A stretch of DNA of 64,000 nucleotides from PVC group bacterium (GCA_945890715.1 CAMDCX010000001.1:13751-77750), one strand, 5' to 3'. Shown: positions 46,969-57,503, counted from the stretch's first letter. The notes: a model not told the origin generated them from the sequence alone. Made by a program: numbers and translations.

Positions 46969-47985
46969 ATGGCAGAACGTTTAATCAGCGACGGGTTGAA
47001 TAAACCAGACAAGGATCTTGATGTCCGGTTGAGGCCGACCCGGTTCCGGGATTTTGTGGGGCAGAAAAAGGCCAGCGAACGATTGGAGCTGTTCACGGCG
47101 GCAGCGAAAAAGCGCGGCGATGTGATGGAGCATGTGCTTTTATCAGGGCCGCCTGGGCTTGGTAAAACGACCTTGGCCTATATTCTGGCTGAGGAGATGG
47201 GGGTTAACATCAAGTCGACGTCCGGTCCGGTTATTGATAAGCCGGGCGATCTGGCGGGCCTGCTGACCGGGTTGGAGCGCGGCGATATCCTGTTCATTGA
47301 CGAGATTCACCGGATGCAGCGTTCCGTGGAGGAATACCTGTATTCCGCGATGGAAGATTTCGTCATCGACATCATGATCGATCAGGGCGCCAATGCGCGT
47401 TCCGTAAGACTGAACCTTCAGCATTTTACCCTGTTGGGCGCCACAACGCGGAGTGGATTGCTCACCTCTCCGTTCCGGTCACGATTCGGCCTGTCGATCC
47501 GCCTGGATTATTATCATGCGGCGGATCTGGAACACATCGTCAGGCGGTCAGCCAGGATCCTGGATGTGGATGTTGACGAAGGAGGTGCGCGCGAAATCGC
47601 CCGGCGCTCCCGCGGAACACCCCGGATCTGCAATAATCTGCTCAAGCGCGTCCGTGATTTTGCGCAGGTCAAGGCTGACGGTAAAATCACCGGGGACATT
47701 GCGGCTCAGGCGTTGACGATGCTCGATATTGATGAGGACGGTCTGGATGAGATGGACAAGAGAATTCTTGAAACCATCATGCATCGTTTCTCAGGGGGGC
47801 CTGTAGGCTTGAGTTCACTCTCGGTTTCCGTCGGCGAGGAAGCCGATACCATCGAGGAAGTGTATGAGCCGTTCCTGATCCAGGAAGGATTTCTGAAGCG
47901 AACTCCGCAAGGACGTGTCGCCACCGATCTCTGCTACAAGCGCTTTGGAATCACGCCTGTTGCCAACCAGGAACGGTTGCTGTAA
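46969..47985 (+). CDS. ruvB: Holliday junction helicase
   Basis: 'GPPGLGKTT', 'FIDEIHR', 'GATTR', 'RGTPR', 'GGPVG'. Confidence 0.97.
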   Translation: MAERLISDGLNKPDKDLDVRLRPTRFRDFVGQKKASERLELFTAAAKKRGDVMEHVLLSGPPGLGKTTLAYILAEEMGVNIKSTSGPVIDKPGDLAGLLTGLERGDILFIDEIHRMQRSVEEYLYSAMEDFVIDIMIDQGANARSVRLNLQHFTLLGATTRSGLLTSPFRSRFGLSIRLDYYHAADLEHIVRRSARILDVDVDEGGAREIARRSRGTPRICNNLLKRVRDFAQVKADGKITGDIAAQALTMLDIDEDGLDEMDKRILETIMHRFSGGPVGLSSLSVSVGEEADTIEEVYEPFLIQEGFLKRTPQGRVATDLCYKRFGITPVANQERLL

Positions 47986-47991
47986 TTAGGT

Positions 47992-48165
47992 GTGACATTG
48001 TGTCTCTTGTTGTTCAGTCCTTTCCGAAATCGCGACACTATGTCGCCTTTTAAAATTTTTCGAAATGCGATAAAACTATTTTAAAATAGTTGTATCCTAT
48101 TGGTAGTAAAGTTTTTACGATTCATAATATTGATAGCATTTTGGTGTTTTGGCACACGCTTTGCT
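47992..48165 (+). promoter_or_regulatory. Sigma54 (-24/-12) promoter with two upstream activator palindromes
   Basis: TGGCACACGCTTTGCT at 48150-48165 (GG-N10-GC); GTGACA-N3-TGTCTC at 47992 and GCGACA-N3-TGTCGC at 48032; AT-rich spacer. Confidence 0.75.
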
Positions 48166-48233
48166 ATTAAAGAAGCCCTGTTGAGAATTATCATGAATGT
48201 CACACTTCCCTATTTAGGGAGAGGAGTTTAATT

Positions 48234-50156
48234 ATGGCTAAAGTATTAGGAATTGATTTGGGGACGACCAATTCGTGTATGTCCGTGATGGAGGGGGGCG
48301 AACCGGTTGTGATTCCGAATGCCGAGGGGATGAGGACGACTCCCTCCATTGTAGCGTTCACGAAGTCCGGTGAGCGGTTGGTGGGTCAGGCGGCCAAGCG
48401 GCAGTCGATTACCAACTCGCAGAACACGATTTATTCCATCAAGCGGTTCATGGGGCGTAAGTTTGACGAAGTGGCTCATGAAATCTCGCTGGTTCCCTAC
48501 AAAGTGGCGCGCGCCAAGAACGGGGATGTTCAGGTTCAGGTGGGTGACAATGTTTACTCACCGCCGGAGATTTCCTCCATGATCCTCCAGAAGATGCGTG
48601 CCGATGCCGAGGCTTATCTAGGCGAGAAGATCACCCAGGCGGTCATCACGGTGCCCGCGTACTTCAACGACAGTCAGCGCCAGGCGACCAAGGATGCCGG
48701 GAAGATTGCCGGCCTCGAGGTGTTGCGCATCATCAACGAACCCACCGCCGCCTCGCTAGCCTACGGCTTGGACAAGAAAAAGGATGAGAAGATTGCCGTG
48801 TACGATTTGGGAGGCGGAACCTTCGACATCTCCGTGCTTGATATCGGCGAGGGCGTATTTGAAGTCAAGGCGACCAATGGCGATACCCATCTCGGTGGCG
48901 ATGATTTTGACCATACCATCATGACCTGGTTGGCGAATGAATTCAAACGGGAGCAGGGGATCGACCTGACCAAGGATGCCATGGCGATGCAGCGGCTCAA
49001 GGAGGCCGCTGAAAAGGCCAAGTGCGAGCTCTCCAGCGCCCTCAGTACGGAGATCAACCTGCCCTTCATCAGCGCCGATGCGTCGGGGCCAAAGCATCTG
49101 ACGGTAACGTTGTCGCGCGCCAAGCTGGAGCAACTGGTGGATTCCCTGATCGAGCGCACCATGCAGCCCGTGAAGAACTGTATGAAGGACTCGGGGCTCT
49201 CGACTGTGGACGAAGTAGTCCTGGTAGGGGGAATGACCCGCATGCCGAAGGTTCAGGAGATGGCGGGCAAGCTCTTCAACAAGGAGCCGCACAAGGGTGT
49301 CAATCCGGACGAAGTGGTGGCCGTGGGTGCCGCGATCCAGGGCGGTATCCTGAAGGGTGAAGTCAAGGATGTGCTGTTGCTCGACGTGACCCCGCTGTCG
49401 CTGGGTATTGAAACGCTCGGCCGCGTGTTCACGCCTCTGATTGAGCGCAATACAACGGTTCCGACGAAGAAGACGGAAATTTTCAGCACGGCCTCCGACA
49501 ACCAGCCGTCCGTTGAAATTCATGTTCTTCAGGGTGAGCGGAAAATGGCCGATCAGAACAAGACTATTGGCCGGTTCCACCTGGATGGCATTCCCCCGGC
49601 CGCCCGCGGCGTTCCCCAGGTCGAAGTGACCTTTGACGTCGATGCGAACGGCATTCTCCATGTGTCCGCTAAGGATCTGGGGACCGGCCGCGAGCAGAAG
49701 ATCACGATCACCGCCTCAAGCGGTTTGTCCGATTCCGAGATCAAGGAAATGGTCAAGGATGCCGAGGAGCACGCCGAGGATGACAAGAAGCGGCGCGAGA
49801 CAGCGGAAACCCGGAATATGGCGGATAATCTGGTCTACCAGACGGAGAAGCTGATCAAGGATCAGGGCGAGAAGATGCCTGAGGACAAGAAACGGCCGGT
49901 TCAGGACGCCGTCGAAAAGGTCAAGACTGCGCTCAAGGGGGATGATAACGACTCCATCAAGTCGGCCATGGATGAATTGAATACCGTGATGCAGGCCTTC
50001 ACCGCAGAGCTGTATTCCCAGGCCAAGGCGGCCCATCCTGCTGGCGCTCCCGAAGAAGGGGCCGGGCCGGGCGGCAAGACGGAGGGCAAGGGCAAGGGCG
50101 GCAAGGATGACGTGATTGATGCCGACTTTGAGATGGTTGACGACAAGAAGAAGTAA
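48234..50156 (+). CDS. dnaK: Chaperone DnaK
   Basis: 'GIDLGTTNS', 'TVPAYFND', 'DLGGGTFD'. Confidence 0.98.
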   Translation: MAKVLGIDLGTTNSCMSVMEGGEPVVIPNAEGMRTTPSIVAFTKSGERLVGQAAKRQSITNSQNTIYSIKRFMGRKFDEVAHEISLVPYKVARAKNGDVQVQVGDNVYSPPEISSMILQKMRADAEAYLGEKITQAVITVPAYFNDSQRQATKDAGKIAGLEVLRIINEPTAASLAYGLDKKKDEKIAVYDLGGGTFDISVLDIGEGVFEVKATNGDTHLGGDDFDHTIMTWLANEFKREQGIDLTKDAMAMQRLKEAAEKAKCELSSALSTEINLPFISADASGPKHLTVTLSRAKLEQLVDSLIERTMQPVKNCMKDSGLSTVDEVVLVGGMTRMPKVQEMAGKLFNKEPHKGVNPDEVVAVGAAIQGGILKGEVKDVLLLDVTPLSLGIETLGRVFTPLIERNTTVPTKKTEIFSTASDNQPSVEIHVLQGERKMADQNKTIGRFHLDGIPPAARGVPQVEVTFDVDANGILHVSAKDLGTGREQKITITASSGLSDSEIKEMVKDAEEHAEDDKKRRETAETRNMADNLVYQTEKLIKDQGEKMPEDKKRPVQDAVEKVKTALKGDDNDSIKSAMDELNTVMQAFTAELYSQAKAAHPAGAPEEGAGPGGKTEGKGKGGKDDVIDADFEMVDDKKK

Positions 50157-50225
50157 GGATTAGACGCGGGTGCGGCTGTTCCGCAGTCCGCGATAGGGTA
50201 ACGTAACAAGAAAAGGAGAACTGTA

Positions 50226-50516
50226 ATGTTGAAAGTGAAACCGTTGGCGGATCGGGTTCTGGTTGAACCCAAGAAGGATCAGGAAATGAAGAAGGGCGGG
50301 ATTATCATTCCCGACAGCGCGAAGGAAAAACCCATGGAGGGTACCGTGATCGCCGTGGGAACCGGCAAGCGTGACGAAGCGGGGAAATTGATCCCGTTCA
50401 CCGTCAAGGCGGGCGACAAGGTTCTGATGCCCAAGTACGGCGGCACCGAGGTCAAGATTGACGACAAGGAATACCAGATTATTCGCGAGGATGACATTCT
50501 GGGCGTTCTGGAATAA
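50226..50516 (+). CDS. groES: Co-chaperonin GroES
   Basis: 'PLADRV', '[13 protein letters not shown]', 'KYGG.E'. Confidence 0.97.
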   Translation: MLKVKPLADRVLVEPKKDQEMKKGGIIIPDSAKEKPMEGTVIAVGTGKRDEAGKLIPFTVKAGDKVLMPKYGGTEVKIDDKEYQIIREDDILGVLE

Positions 50517-50561
50517 GTGTTACTCATCGATTTGAAATCATAACTACAGGAGAGACAGACA

Positions 50562-52211
50562 ATGGCTGACAGAGGCAAGCAACTCAAGTATGACAGCGAA
50601 GCGCGCCAGGCGATGCTTCGCGGTGTGGAAAAATTGAGCCGCGCCGTCAAGGTAACCCTTGGCCCGTGCGGGCGTAACGTGATTCTGGACAAGAAATTCG
50701 GTTCGCCGACCATCACCAAGGATGGTGTGACGGTGGCCAAGGAAATCGAACTTCCGGATCCCTTTGAAAACATGGGTGCCCAGATGGTTCGTGAAGTCGC
50801 CAGCAAGACCAGCGATACCGCTGGTGACGGTACGACGACCGCGACCCTTCTCGCCGAGAACATCTACCGCGAAGGTCTGAAGAACGTGACGGCCGGCGCC
50901 AACCCGATGAGCCTCAAGCGCGGTATCGACAAGGCCGTGGAAGCGGTCGTGGAAGCGATTGCCAAGCAGTCCAAGCGGGTCAAGGAGCATGTCGAAATCG
51001 CCCAGGTCGCGACCATTTCCGCCAACGGCGAAGTCGCCATCGGCGAAATTATCGCGGATGCCATGGACAAGGTCGGCAAGGATGGCACCATCACCGTCGA
51101 GGAGGCCAAGGCCATCGAGACGACGCTGGATGTGGTCGAGGGAATGCAGTTCGACAAGGGCTATATCTCCCCGTACTTCGCCACGAACATGGAAGCCATG
51201 GAAGCGGCGTTGGAAGATGCGTACATTCTGATCTACGAGAAGAAGATCTCGAACCTTCAGGATTTGCTGCCCCTTCTCCAGAATGTGGCCAAGTTGGGCA
51301 AGCCGTTGCTGATCATCGCCGAGGATATCGAGGGTGAAGCTTTGGCGACACTCGTGGTGAACCGCCTGCGTGGCACGCTGCAGATCTGCGCCGTCAAGGC
51401 GCCGGGCTTCGGCGACCGTCGCAAGGAAATGATGAAGGATATCGCAGTCCTGACCGGTGGCGAATGCATCACCGAGGATCTCGGCATCAAGCTGGAGAAC
51501 GTTAAGATCGAGGATCTGGGTCGTGCGAAACGCGTGACCGTGGACAAGGAAAACACCACGATCGTTGAAGGCGCCGGCAAGGCTTCTGCGATCCAGGGTC
51601 GTGTGGCGCAGATCAAGCGTCAGATCGAAGATACCACCTCGGATTATGACCGCGAGAAGCTCCAGGAGCGCCTGGCGAAGCTCGCCGGTGGCGTGGCCGT
51701 CATCAATGTCGGCGCCGCGACCGAGACCGAGATGAAGGAGAAGAAGGCTCGCGTTGAGGATGCGCTTCATGCAACCCGCGCCGCTGTTGAAGAGGGCGTT
51801 GTGCCCGGCGGTGGTGTGGCCCTGTTGCGGTGTCTGTCCGCGCTGGACAAGGTGGTTGCCGAAGGCGACGAGAAGATCGGTGTGGATATCATCCGCCGTT
51901 GTCTCGAGGCGCCCCTGCGTCAGCTTGTGGATAATGCCGGCCTCGAAGGCGCCGTTATCGTCCAGGAAGTCAAGAAGCAGAAGGGGAACATGGGTTACAA
52001 TGTGGCCACACGGCAGTATACCGACCTGATCAAGGACGGCGTGCTGGATCCGGCCAAGGTGACCCGCATGGCGTTGCAGAACGCCGCGAGTATCTCCGGC
52101 CTGCTCCTGACGAGCGAGTGCATGATCACCGAGATCCCGAGCACCGAGAAGCCGGCTCCGATGCCGGGCGGCGGTGGCGGGATGGGCGGTATGGGCGGAG
52201 ACATGTACTAA
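50562..52211 (+). CDS. groEL: Chaperonin GroEL
   Basis: 'GDGTTTAT', 'APGFGD', C-terminal GGM repeats. Confidence 0.98.
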   Translation: MADRGKQLKYDSEARQAMLRGVEKLSRAVKVTLGPCGRNVILDKKFGSPTITKDGVTVAKEIELPDPFENMGAQMVREVASKTSDTAGDGTTTATLLAENIYREGLKNVTAGANPMSLKRGIDKAVEAVVEAIAKQSKRVKEHVEIAQVATISANGEVAIGEIIADAMDKVGKDGTITVEEAKAIETTLDVVEGMQFDKGYISPYFATNMEAMEAALEDAYILIYEKKISNLQDLLPLLQNVAKLGKPLLIIAEDIEGEALATLVVNRLRGTLQICAVKAPGFGDRRKEMMKDIAVLTGGECITEDLGIKLENVKIEDLGRAKRVTVDKENTTIVEGAGKASAIQGRVAQIKRQIEDTTSDYDREKLQERLAKLAGGVAVINVGAATETEMKEKKARVEDALHATRAAVEEGVVPGGGVALLRCLSALDKVVAEGDEKIGVDIIRRCLEAPLRQLVDNAGLEGAVIVQEVKKQKGNMGYNVATRQYTDLIKDGVLDPAKVTRMALQNAASISGLLLTSECMITEIPSTEKPAPMPGGGGGMGGMGGDMY

Positions 52212-52238
52212 ACCGTTTGTAGAAAACGGTTGACCTGT

Positions 52239-52275
52239 GTAAACGGGGCGCATACACTGCGCCCCGTTTACTTTT
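52239..52275 (+). terminator. Hairpin terminator after groEL, overlapping a candidate sigma70 promoter
   Basis: GTAAACGGGGCGCA-TACAC-TGCGCCCCGTTTAC then TTTT; TTGACC-N17-TACACT at 52230-52258. Confidence 0.7.
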
Positions 52276-52294
52276 CTATATACGGAGGTGGATT

Positions 52295-52531
52295 TTGAAT
52301 GCTGAACTGATTGAAAAAGCAAAATTGAAGATGGGCTCAGTCCCGTTGCTCGTGAATATGATTTCCCGTCGCGTGCGCCAGCTGAATGCCGGCATGCGTC
52401 CTTATCTTAAGCCGCTCAGCCAGAATGAAGAGAAGGTTGATATCGCCCTTCGCGAAATCGTGGAAGGCAAATTGACTGCCGAAATCGGCTATTTCGATCC
52501 GTCCGCTCCCGCTTCGGCTGCCAGCCATTGA
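52295..52531 (+). CDS. rpoZ: RNA polymerase omega subunit
   Basis: 'LVNMISRRVRQL', 'DIALREI.EGK'; GGAGG RBS, TTG start. Confidence 0.85.
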   Translation: MNAELIEKAKLKMGSVPLLVNMISRRVRQLNAGMRPYLKPLSQNEEKVDIALREIVEGKLTAEIGYFDPSAPASAASH

Positions 52532-52548
52532 TGCTTGGGCAGTGACCT

Positions 52549-53022
52549 ATGGCGGCCGCTAAGGACAAGAAGGACGCGGGAAAGGCCGCAACCAATCGCA
52601 AGGCGTTCCACGATTATTTTGTCGTGGATCGTTTTGAGGCCGGAATTGAGCTTCTGGGAACCGAAGTGAAGTCGGTTCGAGCCTCCAATGTCACGCTGAC
52701 CGGCGGATACGCCAAAATTGAAGAATCCGGACGGGTTCTTCTCTATGATGTCCATATCGCGCCCTACGAATGCGGGAACCGCTTCAATCACGAACCCACC
52801 CGGCCCCGCACCCTGCTGCTTCATCGTCGTGAAATTGAACGGCTCAAGGGGTTGATTGCCACCAAAGGCTACACCATGATCCCTCTTAAAATGTATTTCC
52901 TGAAGCGCTGGGCCAAGGTCGAAATCGGCCTGTGCAAGGGGAAACAGGACGAGGATAAGCGCAATACCCTGCGCCGCAAGGACGCCGACAAGGAAACCCG
53001 TCGCGCCATGGCAAGGTTCTAG
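52549..53022 (+). CDS. smpB: SsrA-binding protein
   Basis: 'NRKAFHDY', 'EAGIELLGTEVKS', 'LLLH..EI', 'DKR'. Confidence 0.96.
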   Translation: MAAAKDKKDAGKAATNRKAFHDYFVVDRFEAGIELLGTEVKSVRASNVTLTGGYAKIEESGRVLLYDVHIAPYECGNRFNHEPTRPRTLLLHRREIERLKGLIATKGYTMIPLKMYFLKRWAKVEIGLCKGKQDEDKRNTLRRKDADKETRRAMARF

Positions 53023-53041
53023 CGTAGTGTCCCTCAAAACA

Positions 53042-53280
53042 AAGATCACCACCCGCTTCGCTGGAGATACGGAGAGGTGGAGGGGAGAGTAAAAAATCAC
53101 GCAACACCTCCTCGGGAGGAAGGCCAAAAGAATTTCGGCGCTACGCTAGCTCGGGTATTCCTCGAGGAACGGTGTTGCGGCATTTTTGTGCGGTGTACTC
53201 GCCGCATAAAAATGCCGCAACATTTTTCTTTGCCTCTCTTGATCCCCTCCGTTTCTTCAAGCGAAGCGGGTGGTAATCTT
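53042..53280. repeat. ~240-bp element with inverted ends and an internal long hairpin (MITE/REPIN-like)
   Basis: ACCACCCGCTTCGC (53048) / GCGAAGCGGGTGGT (53261-53274); hairpin 53173-53222. Confidence 0.6.
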
Positions 53281-53285
53281 CGCTT

Positions 53286-54425
53286 TTACTTCGCGCTCTT
53301 TTTCGGGATCCAACCGATTCCTTGGCTGCAGGAGATGCGAATCCAGTCATCGCTGGATGAATCCACGGTAACGGGAGTGCCGGGTTGAATGGTGAAAAGT
53401 TCACGGGCTGAATCGGAGGGGCCGAAACGTGCCGTTGTTTCTGCATCCCCTTGGATGACCATGCGCTGGCGACCTTGTAGACGGGTCCCCATTCTGATCC
53501 ACCACGAATCCGGAGAGGATGAATGCCCTGCGGCCGGGAGGATTGAATTCTGAGTAGTACATCCCGTGAGCGCCTGTGTGGGGACATAGACCGGATGCTC
53601 GGGGGGGCGTTCAGCATGGAGTGTGATAGGGAACGGCCCGGAAACCAGGGTTTTGTAACGGGATTCACGACTGTCAAAACAGGTCAGGGCGAAGGCGGGA
53701 AGCGCCTTCAGGGAATTTTCCTGAGGGATCACAGTCTGACGGAAAACCTGCCGGGTGGGGCTGCTTTCTTCGGGAACAGGCTTCGACTCATACACCTTGA
53801 GGCCTGGAATGGGAACGGCCTGGGGCACGCTGAAGGTCTCGGGAAGCCAGTCGCCCTCCACCGTAAAAGACAGGGTAATCAAGTCTCCTAAGGCGATATC
53901 CAGGGGAACGGCCTTTACGCGGAATGTGTAATTCCCGACCAGTCCTGAAAACCGGGGCGGGCGACCCGCCTCCGGAAGGGGAAGGGCGGTGATGGGGAAG
54001 GGTTCAACGGGAATATGGATAGCCCGGCGGACTTGCTGCATGATAAACAGGGTTCGGCTGGTTTGAATCAGGGTTCCCTCCAGCCGGGGAGCCAGGGTCA
54101 TTGTGCCCGGTTTTTTCACGCGGGCCCAGGTCCGGAACCGGCGAATTTCAATCGTTTTTTCTCCCTGGACAACGGTTTCATTGGGTAGTTCCTCAAATGA
54201 GCGTATTTGAATGTCTCCCGGGGGCGGAAGTGCGGCGATGGAGATCTCCTTGTCAAGGGCATCTCCCGATATCCGAAACTCCAAGGTCAGCAGAAAGGCT
54301 TCTCCGGCATGGAGCCTTTCCCGATCCTTGAAAAAATGGGCGGTGACGCGAGATTCCGGGAATGCGGGCTGACTGAAGCATCCCATTACCGCGAGAATCA
54401 GCATGATGGATCGCCTTCGTTTCAT
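53286..54425 (-). CDS. BatD-like exported protein with C-terminal SH3-like domain
   Basis: Signal peptide; 'LPLP..GRP..FSG.VG', 'GD.ITL', 'W.RI....G.GWIP'. Confidence 0.75.
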   Translation of the reverse strand: MKRRRSIMLILAVMGCFSQPAFPESRVTAHFFKDRERLHAGEAFLLTLEFRISGDALDKEISIAALPPPGDIQIRSFEELPNETVVQGEKTIEIRRFRTWARVKKPGTMTLAPRLEGTLIQTSRTLFIMQQVRRAIHIPVEPFPITALPLPEAGRPPRFSGLVGNYTFRVKAVPLDIALGDLITLSFTVEGDWLPETFSVPQAVPIPGLKVYESKPVPEESSPTRQVFRQTVIPQENSLKALPAFALTCFDSRESRYKTLVSGPFPITLHAERPPEHPVYVPTQALTGCTTQNSILPAAGHSSSPDSWWIRMGTRLQGRQRMVIQGDAETTARFGPSDSARELFTIQPGTPVTVDSSSDDWIRISCSQGIGWIPKKSAK

Positions 54426-54555
54426 GAATGGCGGAAAGTTTAGCGTCCGCCTCTTGGGGCGTAAAGTTATTAAGCGAAGACTTAATGACTGGCAAAACAT
54501 GGGTGAGTGCTGCATACTAATATTCCTGAAATAATCTGGACATGATCTTGGAAGA

Positions 54556-54605
54556 GCCACGCCTTAACAGGCGCGGCTACGTAGCCGCCGCGGTTACGCG
54601 GTGGC
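54556..54605. repeat. Head-to-head GTAG-type REP pair
   Basis: Reverse strand GTAGCCGCGCCTGTTAAGGCGTGGC abutting forward GTAGCCGCCGCGGTTACGCGGTGGC. Confidence 0.65.
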
Positions 54606-54657
54606 CGGATCATGGCTGGATTATTATGGGAACATTAATGACGGGATCGAAATTCTC

Positions 54658-55320
54658 ATGATTCTTTATGTGGTGATGGAAACGGCGGAGAAGTACCAAT
54701 CCGGGAACTGGCATCGCCAGAGGTTGATTCTTGAGGAAACCTCAGGCTATTTCTGCCTGATGATTCATTACAAACAACTCAACCTGAAGATGCTGGCTGA
54801 GCTTTGTCCCCGCGCCATTGTGTACAGCGGCGCGTCCACCCCGTTTGAGGATTATGATGTCCGCCGGACCAAGGCGTATCAACACGTGGTTCTGACCTCG
54901 GATATTCCACAATTGGGGATTTGTGGTGGCCACCAGCTGGCGGCTGAAATTTTTGGGAGTACGGTGGGGATAATGCGGAGAACACGCGCGAACGAACCCG
55001 ATCACAACCCCAAGTATCACCCCGGGGAATACAAGGAATGGGGTGTTTATCCGGTGACTATTCTCCAGCGGGAGCCCTTGTTTTCAGGTTGCCGTAACCT
55101 CATCCGGGTTCAGCAGTTTCATCGAAGCGAAATCAAGAAATTGGGCAGGGATTTGATTGTATTGGCAAGCAGTTCGGCCTGTCGGGTACAGGCTTTTCGC
55201 CATACCGAGAGACCTTTTTTCGGGGTTCAGTTTCATCCTGAAGAGGCGACGGAAGCCTATCCGGACGGGTTCACGATTCTCCGGAACTTCTTCCGATGGG
55301 CTGCCACTCGACAGAAATAA
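54658..55320 (+). CDS. Stand-alone class I glutamine amidotransferase-like protein
   Basis: 'LGICGGHQL' and 'GVQFHPE' Cys-His-Glu triad. Confidence 0.85.
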   Translation: MILYVVMETAEKYQSGNWHRQRLILEETSGYFCLMIHYKQLNLKMLAELCPRAIVYSGASTPFEDYDVRRTKAYQHVVLTSDIPQLGICGGHQLAAEIFGSTVGIMRRTRANEPDHNPKYHPGEYKEWGVYPVTILQREPLFSGCRNLIRVQQFHRSEIKKLGRDLIVLASSSACRVQAFRHTERPFFGVQFHPEEATEAYPDGFTILRNFFRWAATRQK

Positions 55321-55382
55321 CGACTTTATGGTAGATCTTAGGCTTTTGCAGGGGAATTCCAAACATCGATGGGTGTAGTGTC

Positions 55383-56198
55383 ATGAAAGCAGCACTAAAA
55401 TTACGGCAGGGCATCACGGATGCCAGGCGGGTGGTGGTCAAAATCGGAAGCCGCGTCTTGGTTCAAAAAACCGGGCGTCCGGAACACCGTCGCATCAAGG
55501 CATTGGTCGCCGAGATGGCGAAATTGCAGCAGAACGGCATTGAAGTTGTTCTGGTTACATCCGGTGCGATCGGGGCAGGGATGGAAGCCCTTGGGATGAC
55601 AAGCCGTCCGACGGCCCTACCGGACCTCCAGATGGCGGCGGCTGTGGGACAGTCCCGTCTGATGACTGCCTACGACAAATTATTTTCGGCAAAACGCTGC
55701 AAGGTTGGGCAGGTGTTGCTCACCCATGACGATTTCAACCATGCGATCCGCCAGAACAATGCCTGCCGTACCATTGAAAATATGCTCCGGCACAAGGTCA
55801 TTCCCATCGTCAACGAGAACGATGTGGTGGCGGACGAGGAAATCCGGGCCGACATCAAGCTCGGTGACAATGATTTTCTGGCCTCTCTGGTCGTGCGCCT
55901 GATCCGGGCGGATTTATTGATCATCCTGAGCACTGTCGATGGATTGAGGGCTCCGGGAGCCAATGGGAAAACCCGCAGGGTTTCCTGTCTCGAGCGGGTT
56001 GACAAGAAGACGCTGGCACTCGTAACGGGGCAAAAAGGAAATTTGTCAACCGGGGGCATGGGATCCAAGTTGAGGGCGGCTGAACTGGCCGCCCGTTCGG
56101 GATCTCATGTGGTGATTGCCGATGGGCGAAAAATTGGAAACATCACCCGCGTGATACGCGGGGAGGATGTCGGAACCTTTGTGGTGGCTTCACTGTAG
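55383..56198 (+). CDS. proB: Glutamate 5-kinase (short form, no PUA domain)
   Basis: 'VVKIGS', 'VTSGAI', 'AAVGQ', 'NEND', 'GDND', 'TGGM.SK'. Confidence 0.95.
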   Translation: MKAALKLRQGITDARRVVVKIGSRVLVQKTGRPEHRRIKALVAEMAKLQQNGIEVVLVTSGAIGAGMEALGMTSRPTALPDLQMAAAVGQSRLMTAYDKLFSAKRCKVGQVLLTHDDFNHAIRQNNACRTIENMLRHKVIPIVNENDVVADEEIRADIKLGDNDFLASLVVRLIRADLLIILSTVDGLRAPGANGKTRRVSCLERVDKKTLALVTGQKGNLSTGGMGSKLRAAELAARSGSHVVIADGRKIGNITRVIRGEDVGTFVVASL

Positions 56199-56221
56199 GG
56201 ACGGCGACGAGAGGAGTCTGT

Positions 56222-57481
56222 ATGGGTCTGCATGAAGAAATGCTGATGTTGGGAGAGAAGGCGGTGGCAGCATCGCGTGATTTGGCCCGCCTCTCGGCCA
56301 GGAAGAAAAACACGATCCTGCTGTCCATGGCCGATGAAATTGAGGCGGCCCGTGAGAGTCTGAAGCAGGCAAATGGAAAAGATCTGGAGGCCGCGCGCGC
56401 GTCCGGCATGTCGGCGGCCCTGCTCGACCGGTTGACGCTCACGGATTCTCGAATCAATGCCATGGCAAAAGGACTGCGAGAAGTTTCCGGGCTCAAGGAT
56501 CCGGTAGGGGCGGTCATCAGTCGCTGGATTCGACCCAATGGGTTGGAGATTCTCAAGACCCGGATTCCGATCGGAGTGATTGCGATTATCTATGAATCGC
56601 GTCCGAATGTCACCGCCGATGCGGCGGGATTATGTTTCAAGACGGCGAATGCCGTTATTTTACGGGGTGGCAAAGAGTCCCTCTACTCTAACCAGGCGAT
56701 TGTTGAGGTGCTTCGGGCTGGCGGCAAAAAAAAGGGGCTTCCTGAAAACGCCATTCAGCTGGTGATGACAACGGATCGGGAGGCCGTGCGGGAACTGGTT
56801 CAGCTTGAGGGAAAGGTGGATCTCGTTATTCCCCGGGGCGGCGAAAGTCTCATTCGTGCGGTTGTGGAGCAGGCCCGGGTTCCCGTGATCAAGCACTATA
56901 AGGGTGTGTGTCATACCTATGTGGATGTTTCTGCGGATTTGGATATGGCCCTCAAGATTTGTGAAAACGCAAAGTGTCAGCGTCCGGGCGTGTGCAATGC
57001 GATGGAAACCCTTCTGGTGCATGAGGCCGTGGCGGTTCCGTTTTTGAAAAAGGTGGCCGCCCGCTTGGGCGGTGACTTGAAAGTTGAACTCAGGGGGGAT
57101 GAGGCGTCGCGGGCACTTGTTCCGACCATGACGCCGGCGACCGAGGAAGATTGGTCGGCGGAATTCCTGGATTTGATTCTGGCCGTCCGGGTGGTGCCCT
57201 CCCTGAAGGCGGCGATTGAGCATATCAATCGCTACGGCTCAAACCATTCGGACGCCATTATTGCCAATTCACCCGAAGCCCAGAAGGAATTCACCCATGA
57301 AGTCGGGTCGGCGGCCGTCTATGTCAATGCTTCCACCCGGTTTACCGATGGTGCGGAATTCGGAATGGGTGCCGAAATCGGAATCAGTACCGATAAGCTG
57401 CATGCACGCGGCCCTATGGGACTTGAAGAACTGACGACCTACAAGTACGTCATCAGTGGTGACGGCCAGATTCGCGAATAA
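56222..57481 (+). CDS. proA: Gamma-glutamyl phosphate reductase
   Basis: 'IYESRPNVT', 'PRGG', 'CNAME', 'NASTRF.DG.EFG.GAEIGIST'. Confidence 0.96.
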   Translation: MGLHEEMLMLGEKAVAASRDLARLSARKKNTILLSMADEIEAARESLKQANGKDLEAARASGMSAALLDRLTLTDSRINAMAKGLREVSGLKDPVGAVISRWIRPNGLEILKTRIPIGVIAIIYESRPNVTADAAGLCFKTANAVILRGGKESLYSNQAIVEVLRAGGKKKGLPENAIQLVMTTDREAVRELVQLEGKVDLVIPRGGESLIRAVVEQARVPVIKHYKGVCHTYVDVSADLDMALKICENAKCQRPGVCNAMETLLVHEAVAVPFLKKVAARLGGDLKVELRGDEASRALVPTMTPATEEDWSAEFLDLILAVRVVPSLKAAIEHINRYGSNHSDAIIANSPEAQKEFTHEVGSAAVYVNASTRFTDGAEFGMGAEIGISTDKLHARGPMGLEELTTYKYVISGDGQIRE

Positions 57482-57503
57482 GGGGTGTTTACTGTTCCGG
57501 ATG

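Noticed and set aside
48100-48233. CIRCE element before dnaK/groESL
   Set aside because: No TTAGCACTC-N9-GAGTGCTAA match.
50544-52322. 592-aa antisense ORF over groEL (similar ones over dnaK, PFOR, pheS/T, EF-G2, hoxF)
   Set aside because: Shadow ORFs expected from codon bias in high-GC genes; no recognisable motifs.
53022-53285. Possible tmRNA next to smpB
   Set aside because: No tRNA-Ala-like 5' end, T-arm or CCA 3' end, and too short; reported as a structured repeat instead.
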